Assembly (NCBI GenBank): GCA_046538415.1
Contig: JBKHIY010000010.1
Location: 2,033-66,032, forward strand
Length of the DNA: 64,000 nucleotides
Direction: 5' to 3'
Source of the DNA: Candidatus Brocadiia bacterium
Lineage (GTDB): Bacteria; Planctomycetota; PUPC01; DSUN01
The translations under genes and the position numbers were made by a program. Below the pieces are notes generated by a model, which saw only the letters and a list, made by a program, of their open reading frames with translations, had not been told where the DNA came from and did not search any database. Of the stretch, positions 8,638 to 17,483 are shown piece by piece. Position 1 is the stretch's first letter. Each line of letters starts with the position of its first letter.

Positions 8638-10011
8638 ATGGCCCGCCCCGCCGACACCGCTGCCGCCGACCGTCTCCCCCCCCAGAACCTGGAGGCCGAG
8701 ACGGCCGTCCTCGGCTCCATGCTCCTCGACAACCACACCATCGCCGACGTCGCCCAGATCCTCAAGAAGGGCGACTTCTACTCCCCCGACCACCAGATCC
8801 TGTTCGAAACCATCGTCGACCTCTTCGACCAGGGCCAGCCCGTCGACCCCGTGATCCTGGCCGACAGCCTCCGCCAGAGCGACCAGCTCGAGCAGGTCGG
8901 TGGCACCGACCTCCTGGTCTCCCTCCTGGAGAGCGTCCCCTCCGCGGCCAACGCCGAGCACTATGCCCTGATCGTGCGCCAGGCCGCCGTGCGCCGCAAG
9001 CTCATTCACGCCTGCACCGAGATCATGCGCAATTCCTACGACGGCAGCCTGAGCCCCGAGGAGCTGCTGGACAGGGCGCAGGCCGAGATCTTCGGGGTGA
9101 GCCAGGGCGACCAGTTCGCCGAAGCTGCCGCCGTGCGCGACGTGCTCCAGGAGATTTTCGAGGACATCGAGAGCATCCGCGAGAATCGCATCACCGGCCT
9201 GCGCACCTACTTCCACGAGCTCGACGACCTGACCTGCGGACTCCAGCCCTCGGACCTCATCATCGTGGCCGGCCGGCCCTCCATGGGGAAGACCACCTTC
9301 GCCCTCAACGTGGCCGGACGCGTGGCCATGGGCGACTGGAACAGGCCCAACCGGGAGGAGGGCAGGCCGGTGCTCGTCTTCTCGCTGGAAATGTCCAAGC
9401 CGGTCATCGCCCGCAACCTCCTGTGCGGCTACGCCAAGGTCGACGCCCACCGCCTCCGCCGCGGCCTCCTCCCCCGGGAGGAGATCAACGCCCTCACCGT
9501 CAAGGCCGGCGATCTCTACGAAGCCCACGTCTACATCGACGACACCCCCGGCCTGTCCCTCCGCGAGCTCCGCACCCGGGCACGCCGGATGAAGATGACC
9601 GTGCCCGACCTCTCCATGGTGGTCGTCGACTATCTCCAACTGATGGAGGAGCGGGGAGCGGAGAACCGCCAGCAAGAGATCAGCATCATCTCCCGAGGGC
9701 TCAAGGCCCTTGCCCGGGAGCTCAACGTCCCGGTCATCGCCCTCTCCCAGCTCAGCCGAGCCACCGAGTCGCGCGAGGGCCACGTGCCCCGCATGTCCGA
9801 CCTCCGCGAATCGGGCTCCCTGGAGCAGGATGCCGACCTCATCGTGCTCCTCTACCGCCCGGAGCACTACAACCCCAACGACCGCCCCGGCGAGGTCGAC
9901 CTCATCGTAGCCAAGCAGCGCAACGGGCCCACGGGCATCGTCAAGGCCACGTTCCTGCGCAACTTCCTGCGCTTCGAGGACTATCTCGAGCCGGAGCACG
10001 TCCCCTTCTGA
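8638..10011 (+). CDS. dnaB: Replicative DNA helicase
   Basis: PPQNLEAE, AGRPSMGKT, FSLEM, DYLQLM, LSQLSR, DLRESGSLEQDAD, KQRNGP. Confidence 0.97.
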   Translation: MARPADTAAADRLPPQNLEAETAVLGSMLLDNHTIADVAQILKKGDFYSPDHQILFETIVDLFDQGQPVDPVILADSLRQSDQLEQVGGTDLLVSLLESVPSAANAEHYALIVRQAAVRRKLIHACTEIMRNSYDGSLSPEELLDRAQAEIFGVSQGDQFAEAAAVRDVLQEIFEDIESIRENRITGLRTYFHELDDLTCGLQPSDLIIVAGRPSMGKTTFALNVAGRVAMGDWNRPNREEGRPVLVFSLEMSKPVIARNLLCGYAKVDAHRLRRGLLPREEINALTVKAGDLYEAHVYIDDTPGLSLRELRTRARRMKMTVPDLSMVVVDYLQLMEERGAENRQQEISIISRGLKALARELNVPVIALSQLSRATESREGHVPRMSDLRESGSLEQDADLIVLLYRPEHYNPNDRPGEVDLIVAKQRNGPTGIVKATFLRNFLRFEDYLEPEHVPF

Positions 10012-10031
10012 CCTCTCGGATGGGCCAGCCC

Positions 10032-12428
10032 ATGAAGCCTCCACGGCGCCGCCTTCCGCCTCTCCCGGCCGCTCTCATCCTCCTCCTCGCCGGCCTCATC
10101 CTCTGCCCCGCGCCCGCCGCGGGCGGCGAAGGCCCCATCGTCCGCCAGATCGAGGTGCGCGGCTACCGCGGCGACCCCCAGGCCATCAAGGACATCATCC
10201 AGACCCAGGAGGGCCAGCCGCTGGACCTGGAAGTGCTCGACAGGGACGTGGCCCGGCTCTACCAGGCGGGCCACGTGGCCCAGGTGCGGCGGGAGAGGCT
10301 GCCCGACGGGGTGCGCATCATCATCGTCCTCACCCCGCCTCCTCGCGTGCGCCGAGTGGAGGTGAGCGGCGCGGGGCGCTCCTGGAACAGCAAGCTCCAG
10401 GACGAGTTGATCACCCAGCCCGGCGACGTGGTGCTGGCCCGGGTCCTGGAGCAACCCGAAGAGCAGCGCTTCCGGGGCGACAAGGCTCGCATCCGCTCCT
10501 GGTGCCGCCAGCGCGGCTACCGCGACGTGGAGGTCACGACCCAGATCGCCCGCGTCTCCGACGCGGAGGTAAACCTCACCTTCCAGGTCGACCTGGGCCC
10601 CAAGTACCAGGTGAAGTGGCTGCGCATCGAAGGCAACGAGGCCATCTCCGACCGCCAACTGCTCCGCCTGATGAGGACCCGCCGCGACACTCTCTTCACC
10701 AGCCGCCGCTATAGCGACGAGACCTTCGAGAAGGACATCGAGGCCCTCCAGGACTACTACCGCTTCAAGGGCTTCCCCAATGCCCAGGTGACCTACCGCC
10801 GCACCTTCCGAGGGCGCCAGGGCAACAAGGTGGACATCACCATCCAGGTAGAGGAGGGCCGCACCTATCCCACCGCCTCCGTGACCATCGAGGGCAACCA
10901 GGCGATCCCCACCGAGGAGCTGCTCCAAGCCATCCCCCTGGAGGAGGGCGAAACCTTCTCCGACGAGAAGCTCTTCGAGTCGGGCCGCAAGATCGAGCGC
11001 CGCTACAAGGAGCAGGGCTACCCCCTCGTCCGCGTGCGGCCCGATCGCCAGCTCAACGAAGAGGGCGATGCCTACGAAGTGGCCTTCGCCATCGAGGAAG
11101 GCAACCCCATCACCATCGACCAGATTCACACCCGGGGCAACGACTATACCCGCCACGAAGTGATCCGGCGCGAGCTGGAGATCCAGCCGGGCAGCATCTA
11201 CGACATCCGCAAGCTGGAGCGCAGCGAGCGGGCCCTCGACCGCCTCCAGTTCTTCGATACCGTGAACCTCGACCTCGAACCCACCGAGCCCCAGGACCCC
11301 CGGGAACGCAACCTGGTGGTGGAAGTGACCGAGAGGCAAACCGGCACCGTGGGCCTGGGCGTGGGCTTCTCCAGCACCAACGCCATCATGGGCACCCTCG
11401 ACCTGGTGCAGCGGAACTTCGACTGGCCCGGCTGGGGCACCTTCCTCGGCCGATTCCCCAAGAGCCTGGTGGACATGGTGACCGAGCCGGAATACGTGGG
11501 CGGCGGGCGCTACTTCCGCCTCGCCCTCATGCCGGGCACGGTCTACAGCAATTTCCTGCTGCGCTACGAGAATCCCTACTGGCGTCACATCCACGGCCGC
11601 AACGAGAGCCTGGGCTGGAGCCTCTACTGGCGCACCCGCGACCAGGGCGAGTGGGACGAACGCCGCGCCGGCCTGCGCCTGTCCTGGGGCCTCCGCAAGT
11701 ACAAGGGCGACCCCGACACCGACCTCATCTTCCACGCCCGCGCCGAGGCCGTCTCCGTCCTCGACGTCGACGAGGACGAGGCCCCCGAGGACGCCGACGA
11801 CGAAGAGGGCACCCACCCCCTCCTGGGCATCGGGGCCACCTTGGAGCGCGACCGCACCGACACCCGCTACCTGCCCACCTCGGGCATGCGGTGGGAGGCC
11901 GGCCCCGAGCTCGTCGTGCCCCACGGCGTGACCTTTGGCGTGGGCGGGGCGCGCTACTGGACGCTGGGCGACCACCCCCAGGGCGCCGAGCGCGTCGTCT
12001 CCGTGCGGGGACGGATGGACTACGCCCTGGGCAGCTTCCCCATCTACGAGCGGTACTACGCCGGCGCCCCCCTCCTGCGAGGCTTCGAGTACCGGGGAGC
12101 CGGGCCCCACGACAACGACGAGCCGGAGGGCGGCAAGTACCGGGCCATCCTCAGCGCCCAGTACCGCTACCCCCTGATCACCAATACCCTCTACTCCGTG
12201 TTCTTCGCCGACACGGGCACGGTGACCGAGGACTTCACGTTGTTCGGCTCGCCCCGGGCCTCGGTGGGCTTCGGCTTCCGCCTCCGTCTGCCCAGGCTCA
12301 CGCGCGTCCCGCTGAGCCTGGACTTCGCCATCCCCGTGCTCAAGCAGGGGGACGACGACACCGAGGTGGTCTATTTCTCCCTGGCCCTCCCTTGGCCGGG
12401 CGTGGGTCTGGGCCGAGGAGGCCCGTAG
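10032..12428 (+). CDS. bamA: Outer membrane protein assembly factor (Omp85/BamA family)
   Basis: Signal peptide, POTRA repeats (GNEAISD, GNDYTRHEVIRRE, VVEVTE), LRGF loop; start could be 10020. Confidence 0.85.
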   Translation: MKPPRRRLPPLPAALILLLAGLILCPAPAAGGEGPIVRQIEVRGYRGDPQAIKDIIQTQEGQPLDLEVLDRDVARLYQAGHVAQVRRERLPDGVRIIIVLTPPPRVRRVEVSGAGRSWNSKLQDELITQPGDVVLARVLEQPEEQRFRGDKARIRSWCRQRGYRDVEVTTQIARVSDAEVNLTFQVDLGPKYQVKWLRIEGNEAISDRQLLRLMRTRRDTLFTSRRYSDETFEKDIEALQDYYRFKGFPNAQVTYRRTFRGRQGNKVDITIQVEEGRTYPTASVTIEGNQAIPTEELLQAIPLEEGETFSDEKLFESGRKIERRYKEQGYPLVRVRPDRQLNEEGDAYEVAFAIEEGNPITIDQIHTRGNDYTRHEVIRRELEIQPGSIYDIRKLERSERALDRLQFFDTVNLDLEPTEPQDPRERNLVVEVTERQTGTVGLGVGFSSTNAIMGTLDLVQRNFDWPGWGTFLGRFPKSLVDMVTEPEYVGGGRYFRLALMPGTVYSNFLLRYENPYWRHIHGRNESLGWSLYWRTRDQGEWDERRAGLRLSWGLRKYKGDPDTDLIFHARAEAVSVLDVDEDEAPEDADDEEGTHPLLGIGATLERDRTDTRYLPTSGMRWEAGPELVVPHGVTFGVGGARYWTLGDHPQGAERVVSVRGRMDYALGSFPIYERYYAGAPLLRGFEYRGAGPHDNDEPEGGKYRAILSAQYRYPLITNTLYSVFFADTGTVTEDFTLFGSPRASVGFGFRLRLPRLTRVPLSLDFAIPVLKQGDDDTEVVYFSLALPWPGVGLGRGGP

Positions 12429-12516
12429 GAGCCGCCACCTCCGCAGGCCCGCCGCCGCCCCGAGACGGGAGCCCCTGGTGCGGCCCCCCTCGACGTTTGC
12501 CCACAGGAGTCCCAGG

Positions 12517-13236
12517 ATGTCGCGTATTCTGCCTGCTGCGGCCCTCATGCTCGCGGCCGCTTCGTCCGCTGTGGCCGCCTCGGCCGCGGATCTGGAGGCC
12601 GAGGTGGAGGAGCTCAAGAAACAGGTCGCCGAGCTCTCCCGGCAGCTCCCCGACCAGCAGCCCCCCAAGATCGGCGTGGTCAACGTCCTCCGTGTGTTCA
12701 ACGAGCTGGAGGAGAAAATCGACATGAACGCCGAGCTGCGCCAGGAGGACGCCAAGAGGGAGGCACGCCTCCGCGAGCTCGTCGACCGCGTCAAAGACCT
12801 CCAGGAGAAGAGCAAGCTCGTGCGCCCAGAGAGCGACGAGGGCAAGAAGACGGCCCAGCTCCTCGAAGAGGCCCGCCGCGAGCTCCGCAGCTACAGCGAG
12901 GCCTCCGAAGACCACATGTACAATAAGCTCTTCGACTTCACGCTCCGCATCTACAACAAGATCCGCAAGGAGATCGACGCTTACGCCCAGGAGCAGGCCT
13001 ACGACCTCGTCCTCCGCACCCGTGACGCCGAGCTGGCCGGCTTCCCCCAGTCCATGTCGCCCCGCATCCGCTACAGCGAGCTCAACCGGCAGGTGGAGGA
13101 GCGCTCCGTGCTGTTCGCCCGGCCCGCCTACGACTTCACCGAGGAGATCATCCGGCGGATGAACGCCAAGTACCGCCGGCAGGAGACCGAGAAGCGCAAG
13201 CACCGCCCCGGCCCCGAGCCCCAGGACGAGCCCTAG
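12517..13236 (+). CDS. skp: OmpH/Skp family chaperone
   Basis: Signal peptide, KIGVVNV, coiled coil, YDLVL, DFTEEII; lies between bamA and lpxD. Confidence 0.8.
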   Translation: MSRILPAAALMLAAASSAVAASAADLEAEVEELKKQVAELSRQLPDQQPPKIGVVNVLRVFNELEEKIDMNAELRQEDAKREARLRELVDRVKDLQEKSKLVRPESDEGKKTAQLLEEARRELRSYSEASEDHMYNKLFDFTLRIYNKIRKEIDAYAQEQAYDLVLRTRDAELAGFPQSMSPRIRYSELNRQVEERSVLFARPAYDFTEEIIRRMNAKYRRQETEKRKHRPGPEPQDEP

Positions 13237-13251
13237 CCCCAAGGAGTCCCT

Positions 13252-14328
13252 GTGCACGCCACCCTCGAACAGCTCGCCCAGCTCGCCGGCGCCACCTTGC
13301 AGGGCGAGCCGTCCACCGCCATCCGCGGCGTCGCGGGCGTCCACAACGCCCGGCCTGGCGAGATCGCCTTGCTCGCCGAGCGCCGCTACGCCCGATTCGT
13401 CGATACCACCCAGGCCTCCGCCCTGGTGGTGGGCCCCGACTTCGATGCGGAGTCGACCGACCTGCCCCTCCTGGTGGCGGACGACCCCGGCGCGGCGTTC
13501 CAGGCCATCGCCGACCGCCTGTGCCCCCCGCTGCGAACCCACCCGCCAGGCATCCACCCCACGGCCCAGGTGGCCGAGGACGCCGAGGTGGGGCCGGGCG
13601 CCTCGATCCAGGCCTATTGCGTGGTGGAGTCGGGGGCCAGGGTCGGGCGGGACACCGTGCTCCGCCCCTTCGTTTTCGTGGGTGCGGGGGCCGAGGTGGG
13701 CGCGGAGTGCCTGCTCCACCCCCACGCGGTAGTCCTCGACCGCTGCTCACTAGGCGACCGCGTGGTGCTGCACGGCGGGGTGGTGGTGGGCGGGGATGGC
13801 TACGGCTTCGAAACCCGCGACGGGGCGCACCACAAGGTCCCCCAGCGGGGCATTGTGGAGGTGGGCGACGACGTGGAGATCGGGGCCAACACAACGATCG
13901 ACCGCGCCCGCTACGGTCGCACCGTGATCGGCTCGGGCACCAAGATCGACAACTTGGTGATGGTGGCCCACAACTGCGTGGTGGGCGAGCACTGCCTCCT
14001 CGTCGCCCAGAGCGGCATCGCGGGCAGCACCACCCTGGGCCACCACGTGGTGGCCGCGGCCCAGGCGGGCATCGTCGGCCACGTGACCATCGGCGAAGGC
14101 ACGGTGATCGCCGCCCAGACGGGAGTGGCCAAGAGCACCGGGCCCGGGGAGACGGTCTTCGGCAGCCCGGCCCAGGACATCCGTACCGAACGTCGATGCA
14201 TCGCCCAGTACAAGAAACTCCCCCAGCTCGCCGCCCGCCTGCGGCAGCTGGAGCAGACCGTCGAGCGTCTCACCCAAGAGGTCCAACGACGTGAAGGTGC
14301 CGCAGAAGACCATCCGCAAGAGGGTTGA
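13252..14328 (+). CDS. lpxD: UDP-3-O-acylglucosamine N-acyltransferase
   Basis: Hexapeptide repeats, GGDGYGF, EIGANTTIDR, KIDNLVMVAHN. Confidence 0.95.
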   Translation: MHATLEQLAQLAGATLQGEPSTAIRGVAGVHNARPGEIALLAERRYARFVDTTQASALVVGPDFDAESTDLPLLVADDPGAAFQAIADRLCPPLRTHPPGIHPTAQVAEDAEVGPGASIQAYCVVESGARVGRDTVLRPFVFVGAGAEVGAECLLHPHAVVLDRCSLGDRVVLHGGVVVGGDGYGFETRDGAHHKVPQRGIVEVGDDVEIGANTTIDRARYGRTVIGSGTKIDNLVMVAHNCVVGEHCLLVAQSGIAGSTTLGHHVVAAAQAGIVGHVTIGEGTVIAAQTGVAKSTGPGETVFGSPAQDIRTERRCIAQYKKLPQLAARLRQLEQTVERLTQEVQRREGAAEDHPQEG

Positions 14329-15583
14329 GCGCACGGGCACCGGCGTGAACACGGGGGAGGAGGTGGCCGTGGCCCTATGTCCGGCCGAGCCGGACCAGGG
14401 GGTGACGTTCGTGCGCACCGACCTGGAGGGCTCGGCCCCCGTGCCCGCGTCGCTGGAGTTCGTGGCCCCCAAGCGCCGCCGCACCGTGCTCCAGGCGGGC
14501 CAGGCGGAGGTGCAGATGACCGAGCACCTCCTGGCCTCGGTGGCGGGGATGGACATCGATAACCTCACCGTGGAGACCTCCTCGGCCGAGCTGCCGGGGG
14601 GAGATGGCAGCGCCCTGTTCTTCGCCGAGATGCTCCAGGAAGCGGGCGAGGCCGATCAGAACGCGCCCCGCCGCCTGCTCACGCTGCGCAAGCCCATCAC
14701 CATCTCCGAGCCCGGCGCGACCATCATCGCCCTCCCCGCCTCCGAGGGACTGTCCATCTCCTACACCCTGGATTACGACCGCGTGCCCCTGCCCGCCCAG
14801 CACGTGGACATCCATCTGGACCGCCAGACGTTCCTGCGCGAGCTGGCTCCGGCACGCACCTTCGTCCTCGAGGCCGAGGTGGAGGGCCTCCTGGCCGAGG
14901 GCATGGGGAAGGGGGCCTCCTACAGCAACGTGCTGGTGGTGCGCAACGACGGGTCGGTGATCGAGAACACCCTGCGCTTCCCCGACGAGCTGGCCCGCCA
15001 CAAAGCCCTCGACCTGTTGGGCGATCTGCGCCTGGCCGGCGGGGGGCTCGTCGCCCGCGTGCTCGCGGTCAAGAGCGGGCACGCTCACAACATCCGCCTC
15101 GCCGAGCGCATCTGGCGCGACGCCGTCTCGCCCGACGCGGTGAGCCTGGACATCCGCGACATCCTGAGCGTGGTCCCCCACCGCTACCCCTTCCTCCTGA
15201 TCGACCGCGTGGTGCAGATCGAGGCCGGACGGCGGGCCACGGCGCTCAAGAACGTGACCATCGATGAGCCCTTCTTCCAGGGCCACTTCCCCGGACGGCC
15301 CGTTGTGCCCGGCGTGCTCCTCGTGGAGTGCATGGCCCAGGCCAGCGGACTGCTGCTCTACCAGCGGTGCGCAGGGGCCCGCATGATCGCGCAACTGGCG
15401 GCCGTGGACGGGGCGCGCTTCCGCCGCCCGGTCGTGCCCGGCGACCAGCTCCGCGTGGAGGTGGAGGCCCTGCGAATGAAGTCTCGCACTTGCAAGGTCC
15501 AGGCCAGTGCCTTCGTGGACGATGCCCTGGCCGCGGAAGCCACGATCACCTTCGTCCTCGTCGAGATGCCGCCGAACGATTAA
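14291..15583 (+). CDS. lpxC-fabZ: Bifunctional LpxC/FabZ fusion
   Basis: QKTI, TEHL, PARTF, LRFPDE..HKALDLLGD, then HRYPFLLID and GHFP..PGVLLVE. Confidence 0.93.
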   Translation: MKVPQKTIRKRVERTGTGVNTGEEVAVALCPAEPDQGVTFVRTDLEGSAPVPASLEFVAPKRRRTVLQAGQAEVQMTEHLLASVAGMDIDNLTVETSSAELPGGDGSALFFAEMLQEAGEADQNAPRRLLTLRKPITISEPGATIIALPASEGLSISYTLDYDRVPLPAQHVDIHLDRQTFLRELAPARTFVLEAEVEGLLAEGMGKGASYSNVLVVRNDGSVIENTLRFPDELARHKALDLLGDLRLAGGGLVARVLAVKSGHAHNIRLAERIWRDAVSPDAVSLDIRDILSVVPHRYPFLLIDRVVQIEAGRRATALKNVTIDEPFFQGHFPGRPVVPGVLLVECMAQASGLLLYQRCAGARMIAQLAAVDGARFRRPVVPGDQLRVEVEALRMKSRTCKVQASAFVDDALAAEATITFVLVEMPPND

Positions 15584-15592
15584 GGCGCCCCC

Positions 15593-16402
15593 ATGGCCCC
15601 CCACATTCATCCCACCGCCACCGTCGACTCCCAGGCCGAACTCGCCGACGACGTGGTCGTCGGTCCCAGGGTCACCGTGGGGCCCCACGTGACCATCGGC
15701 CCGGGCACGGAGCTGAAGACCGGCTCCGTCGTCACCGGCTGCACCGTCGTCGGGGCACGCAACGTCATCGGGCCCTACGCCGTCCTGGGCACCCCGCCCC
15801 AGGACCTGGACTACAGCGGCGAGCCCACCCGGCTCGTGGTGGGGGACGACAACGCGATCCGCGAATACGTGACTGTCAACACCGGCTCGACGAAGCACGA
15901 CTGGGAGACCCGCATCGGCAACGGCAACTTCCTGATGGCCTACTGCCACGTGGGCCACGACTGCGAGGTGGGCCACGACATCGTGATGGCCAACGCGGTG
16001 GGCATCAGCGGCCACTGCAAGATCGAGGACCGGGTGTGGTTCGGCGGGATGGTGGGCATTCACCAGTTCGTGACCATCGGCACCCACGCCTTCATCGGCG
16101 GCCTCTCCCGCATCGTGCACGACTGCCCACCGTACATGATCACGGAGGGCAACCCCGCCAAGGTCCGAGGCGTGAACACCATCGGCCTCAAGCGCCGGGG
16201 CTTCGCCCCCAAGGCCATCGACGGCCTCAAGCAGGCCCAGCGGCTCATCTGGCGCTCCCACCTCACGGCGCAACAGGCGGTCGAAGAGATCGCCGCGGCC
16301 GAGGACGACCCGTCGCCCGAGGTGGCCTACCTGGTGGCAAGCCTCCGCGCCACCTTCGCCGGCCGACAGGGCCGAGCGCGCGAAGCGCTGAGGAAGAGAT
16401 AG
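15593..16402 (+). CDS. lpxA: UDP-GlcNAc (or GlcNAc3N) acyltransferase
   Basis: IHPTA, PQDL, IREYVTVN, HVGHDC, DCPPY, N.IGLKRRGF. Confidence 0.95.
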   Translation: MAPHIHPTATVDSQAELADDVVVGPRVTVGPHVTIGPGTELKTGSVVTGCTVVGARNVIGPYAVLGTPPQDLDYSGEPTRLVVGDDNAIREYVTVNTGSTKHDWETRIGNGNFLMAYCHVGHDCEVGHDIVMANAVGISGHCKIEDRVWFGGMVGIHQFVTIGTHAFIGGLSRIVHDCPPYMITEGNPAKVRGVNTIGLKRRGFAPKAIDGLKQAQRLIWRSHLTAQQAVEEIAAAEDDPSPEVAYLVASLRATFAGRQGRAREALRKR

Positions 16403-16469
16403 ACCGGCGCCAGAGCACGCGTGGGCCGCGCCCGGCGCGCCATCTGTCGCCCTTCATCGAGACGACCTG

Positions 16470-17483
16470 ATGAGCCAGCCCCTCCGAGTCGCCGTCGTCG
16501 GCGCCGGCCATCTCGGCCGTCACCACGCCCGACTCTACGCCGCCATCCCCCACGCCCAGCTCGTGGCCGTGGCCGACATTGCGCCCGACCGCGCCCGCAA
16601 CGTGGCCCAGGCCTACGGCGCCCGGCCCGCCGCGGACCACCGCGATCTGCTCGCCGAGGTCGACGCGGTGAGCATCGCGGTGCCCACCGAATCCCACTTC
16701 GCCGTGGCCAAGGACTTCATCGAAAGAGGGGTGGCCGTGCTCGTGGAGAAGCCCTTCACCCGCTCCCTGGAAGAGGCCGACGAGCTGCTCGCCCTGGCCG
16801 GGAAAAACGGTGTGCCCATCCAGGTGGGCCACGTGGAGCGCTTCAACCCTGCCCTGGTGGCCGCCAAGCGCTACCTCACCACGCCCCTCTACGTGCACTG
16901 CGACCGCATCGGGCCGTTCACCTTCCGCTCCCTGGACATCGGGGTGGTGCTGGACCTGATGATCCACGACCTGGATATCCTGCTCGACCTGGTCGACGGC
17001 CCGGTGGAGACCATCGAGGCGGTGGGCGTGCCCGTCCTCTCGCCACACGAGGACATCGCCAACGTGCGCCTGACCTTCGCCAGCGGCTGCGTGGCCAGCC
17101 TCACCGCCAGCCGGGTGGCCACCCACGCCGTGCGCAAGGTGCGCATCTTCCAGCCCGACGCCTACATCTCGCTCGACTACGGCCAGAGAAAGGCTCTGCT
17201 CTATCGCAAGCGCCAGGGCGACATAGACCCCACGTCGATCGACCCCAGCGAGATTCCCGACCTGAAGGCCTTCGTCTTCGAGAAGCTCATCGCCGTCGAG
17301 GAAATCCCCATGGAGGAGCACGACGCCCTGGAGGCCGAGCTCCTGGCGTTCCTCCACAGCGTGGCCACCGGCCAGCCGCCCTCCTGCTCGGGGCACGACG
17401 CGCGCCGGGCCATCGAGCTCGCCACCCGCATCCTACGCGGCATCGAGGCCAACCTCCGCACCCGCGGCCCCTTTGCGCCATGA
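16470..17483 (+). CDS. Gfo/Idh/MocA oxidoreductase, GnnA-like UDP-GlcNAc 3-dehydrogenase
   Basis: VGAGHLG Rossmann fold, EKP, GHVERFNPA, VVLDLMIHD; lies between lpxA and lpxB. Confidence 0.8.
   Translation: MSQPLRVAVVGAGHLGRHHARLYAAIPHAQLVAVADIAPDRARNVAQAYGARPAADHRDLLAEVDAVSIAVPTESHFAVAKDFIERGVAVLVEKPFTRSLEEADELLALAGKNGVPIQVGHVERFNPALVAAKRYLTTPLYVHCDRIGPFTFRSLDIGVVLDLMIHDLDILLDLVDGPVETIEAVGVPVLSPHEDIANVRLTFASGCVASLTASRVATHAVRKVRIFQPDAYISLDYGQRKALLYRKRQGDIDPTSIDPSEIPDLKAFVFEKLIAVEEIPMEEHDALEAELLAFLHSVATGQPPSCSGHDARRAIELATRILRGIEANLRTRGPFAP

Noticed and set aside
8638-10011. Intein in DnaB
   Set aside because: The length (457 aa) is normal, with no splicing motifs or endonuclease insert.
8613-10031. 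Apparent 1271 aa giant BamA
   Set aside because: The N-terminal ~470 aa is an off-frame read through dnaB; the real protein starts at the signal peptide near 10032.
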